Source: a virus
Length of the DNA: 39,989 nt
Virus record (IMG/VR): IMGVR_UViG_3300037473_000044
Direction: 5' to 3' (one strand)
Of the stretch, positions 39,866 through 39,989 are shown piece after piece; the stretch's first letter is position 1, and every line of letters starts with the position of its first letter. The notes under the pieces were generated by a model that was not told the origin of the DNA, searched no databases, and saw nothing but the letters and a program-made list of their open reading frames with translations. The translations under genes were made by a program, and so were the position numbers.

Positions 39866-39989
39866 ATGAAAAAGCCCCGGTTGGCGCCGGGGCTCAGAAC
39901 AGGGAGCAAAGAAATGGACCGACACAGTGTAGCACTCCAGTGGGACCCCGATGGCAGCTTAACGAAGCTGTTTGACGAGCGCGCGGCGG
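39863..39989. repeat. Terminal overlap, copy 2 (identical to 1-127)
   Basis: Exact match to 1-127. It starts at the TAA stop of the excisionase-like gene. Confidence 0.95.
39873..39894. terminator. GC-rich hairpin AGCCCCGG-TTGGCG-CCGGGGCT (also at 11-32)
   Basis: An 8-bp perfect stem lies 8 nt after the excisionase-like stop. There is an A5 run on the 5' side, which is a T5 tail when read on the minus strand, and no T tract on the + strand. Confidence 0.4.

Noticed and set aside
1-39989. Search by eye for CRISPR arrays, transposase/IS ends, reverse transcriptase (DGR or retron), toxin-antitoxin pairs and complete tRNAs
   Set aside because: I saw no regularly spaced 25-40-bp repeats, no DDE/HUH or RT motifs, and no intact cloverleaf. 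Only the degenerate tRNA-Arg-like element at 36424-36495 was found.

Overview
The window is a complete, circularly closed genome of a GC-rich temperate phage or excised prophage. Bases 1-127 recur exactly at 39863-39989, an assembly-style overlap, which leaves 39,862 bp of unique sequence. Most adjacent genes are translationally coupled through ATGA, GTGA or TAATG overlaps.

1. **Early operon, + strand.** It runs from a Cro-like gene (38808) through a small regulator and an excisionase-like gene, then across the coordinate origin. It continues through a recombination module: Sak4-like ATPase, PD-(D/E)XK nuclease, NinB-like protein and HNH nuclease. Next come an orphan C5 cytosine methyltransferase and a replication module, made up of an organizer gene carrying 11-bp iterons, a DnaB helicase and a VRR-NUC nuclease. 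About 15 tiny, often Cys-rich ORFs then run to 12946.
2. **Late operon, - strand, about 36320 down to 12943.**
   - Packaging and head genes: small ORFs, TerS-like, TerL, P22-type portal, scaffold and P22-type coat.
   - A capsid-proximal cluster: Thr-rich protein, GT-A glycosyltransferase, head-spike-base-like protein and SAM methyltransferase.
   - Tail genes: adaptor and tail-hub proteins, then tail fibres.
   - Four large putative ejection proteins. No tail tube or tape measure is present, so the virion looks podovirus-like.
   - An atypical lysis cassette that ends in a clan GH-A-like glycoside hydrolase.
3. **Lysogeny operon, - strand, 38751 down to 36486.** It encodes a CI-like repressor, a secreted protein, a small 2-TM protein and a tyrosine integrase. 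The integrase stop codon lies inside a tRNA-Arg(TCT)-like candidate attP, which is flanked by phased arm-type repeats.

I saw no CRISPR array, transposase, rRNA or intact tRNA. All functional calls come from motifs read by eye in the supplied translations. No database search was run.
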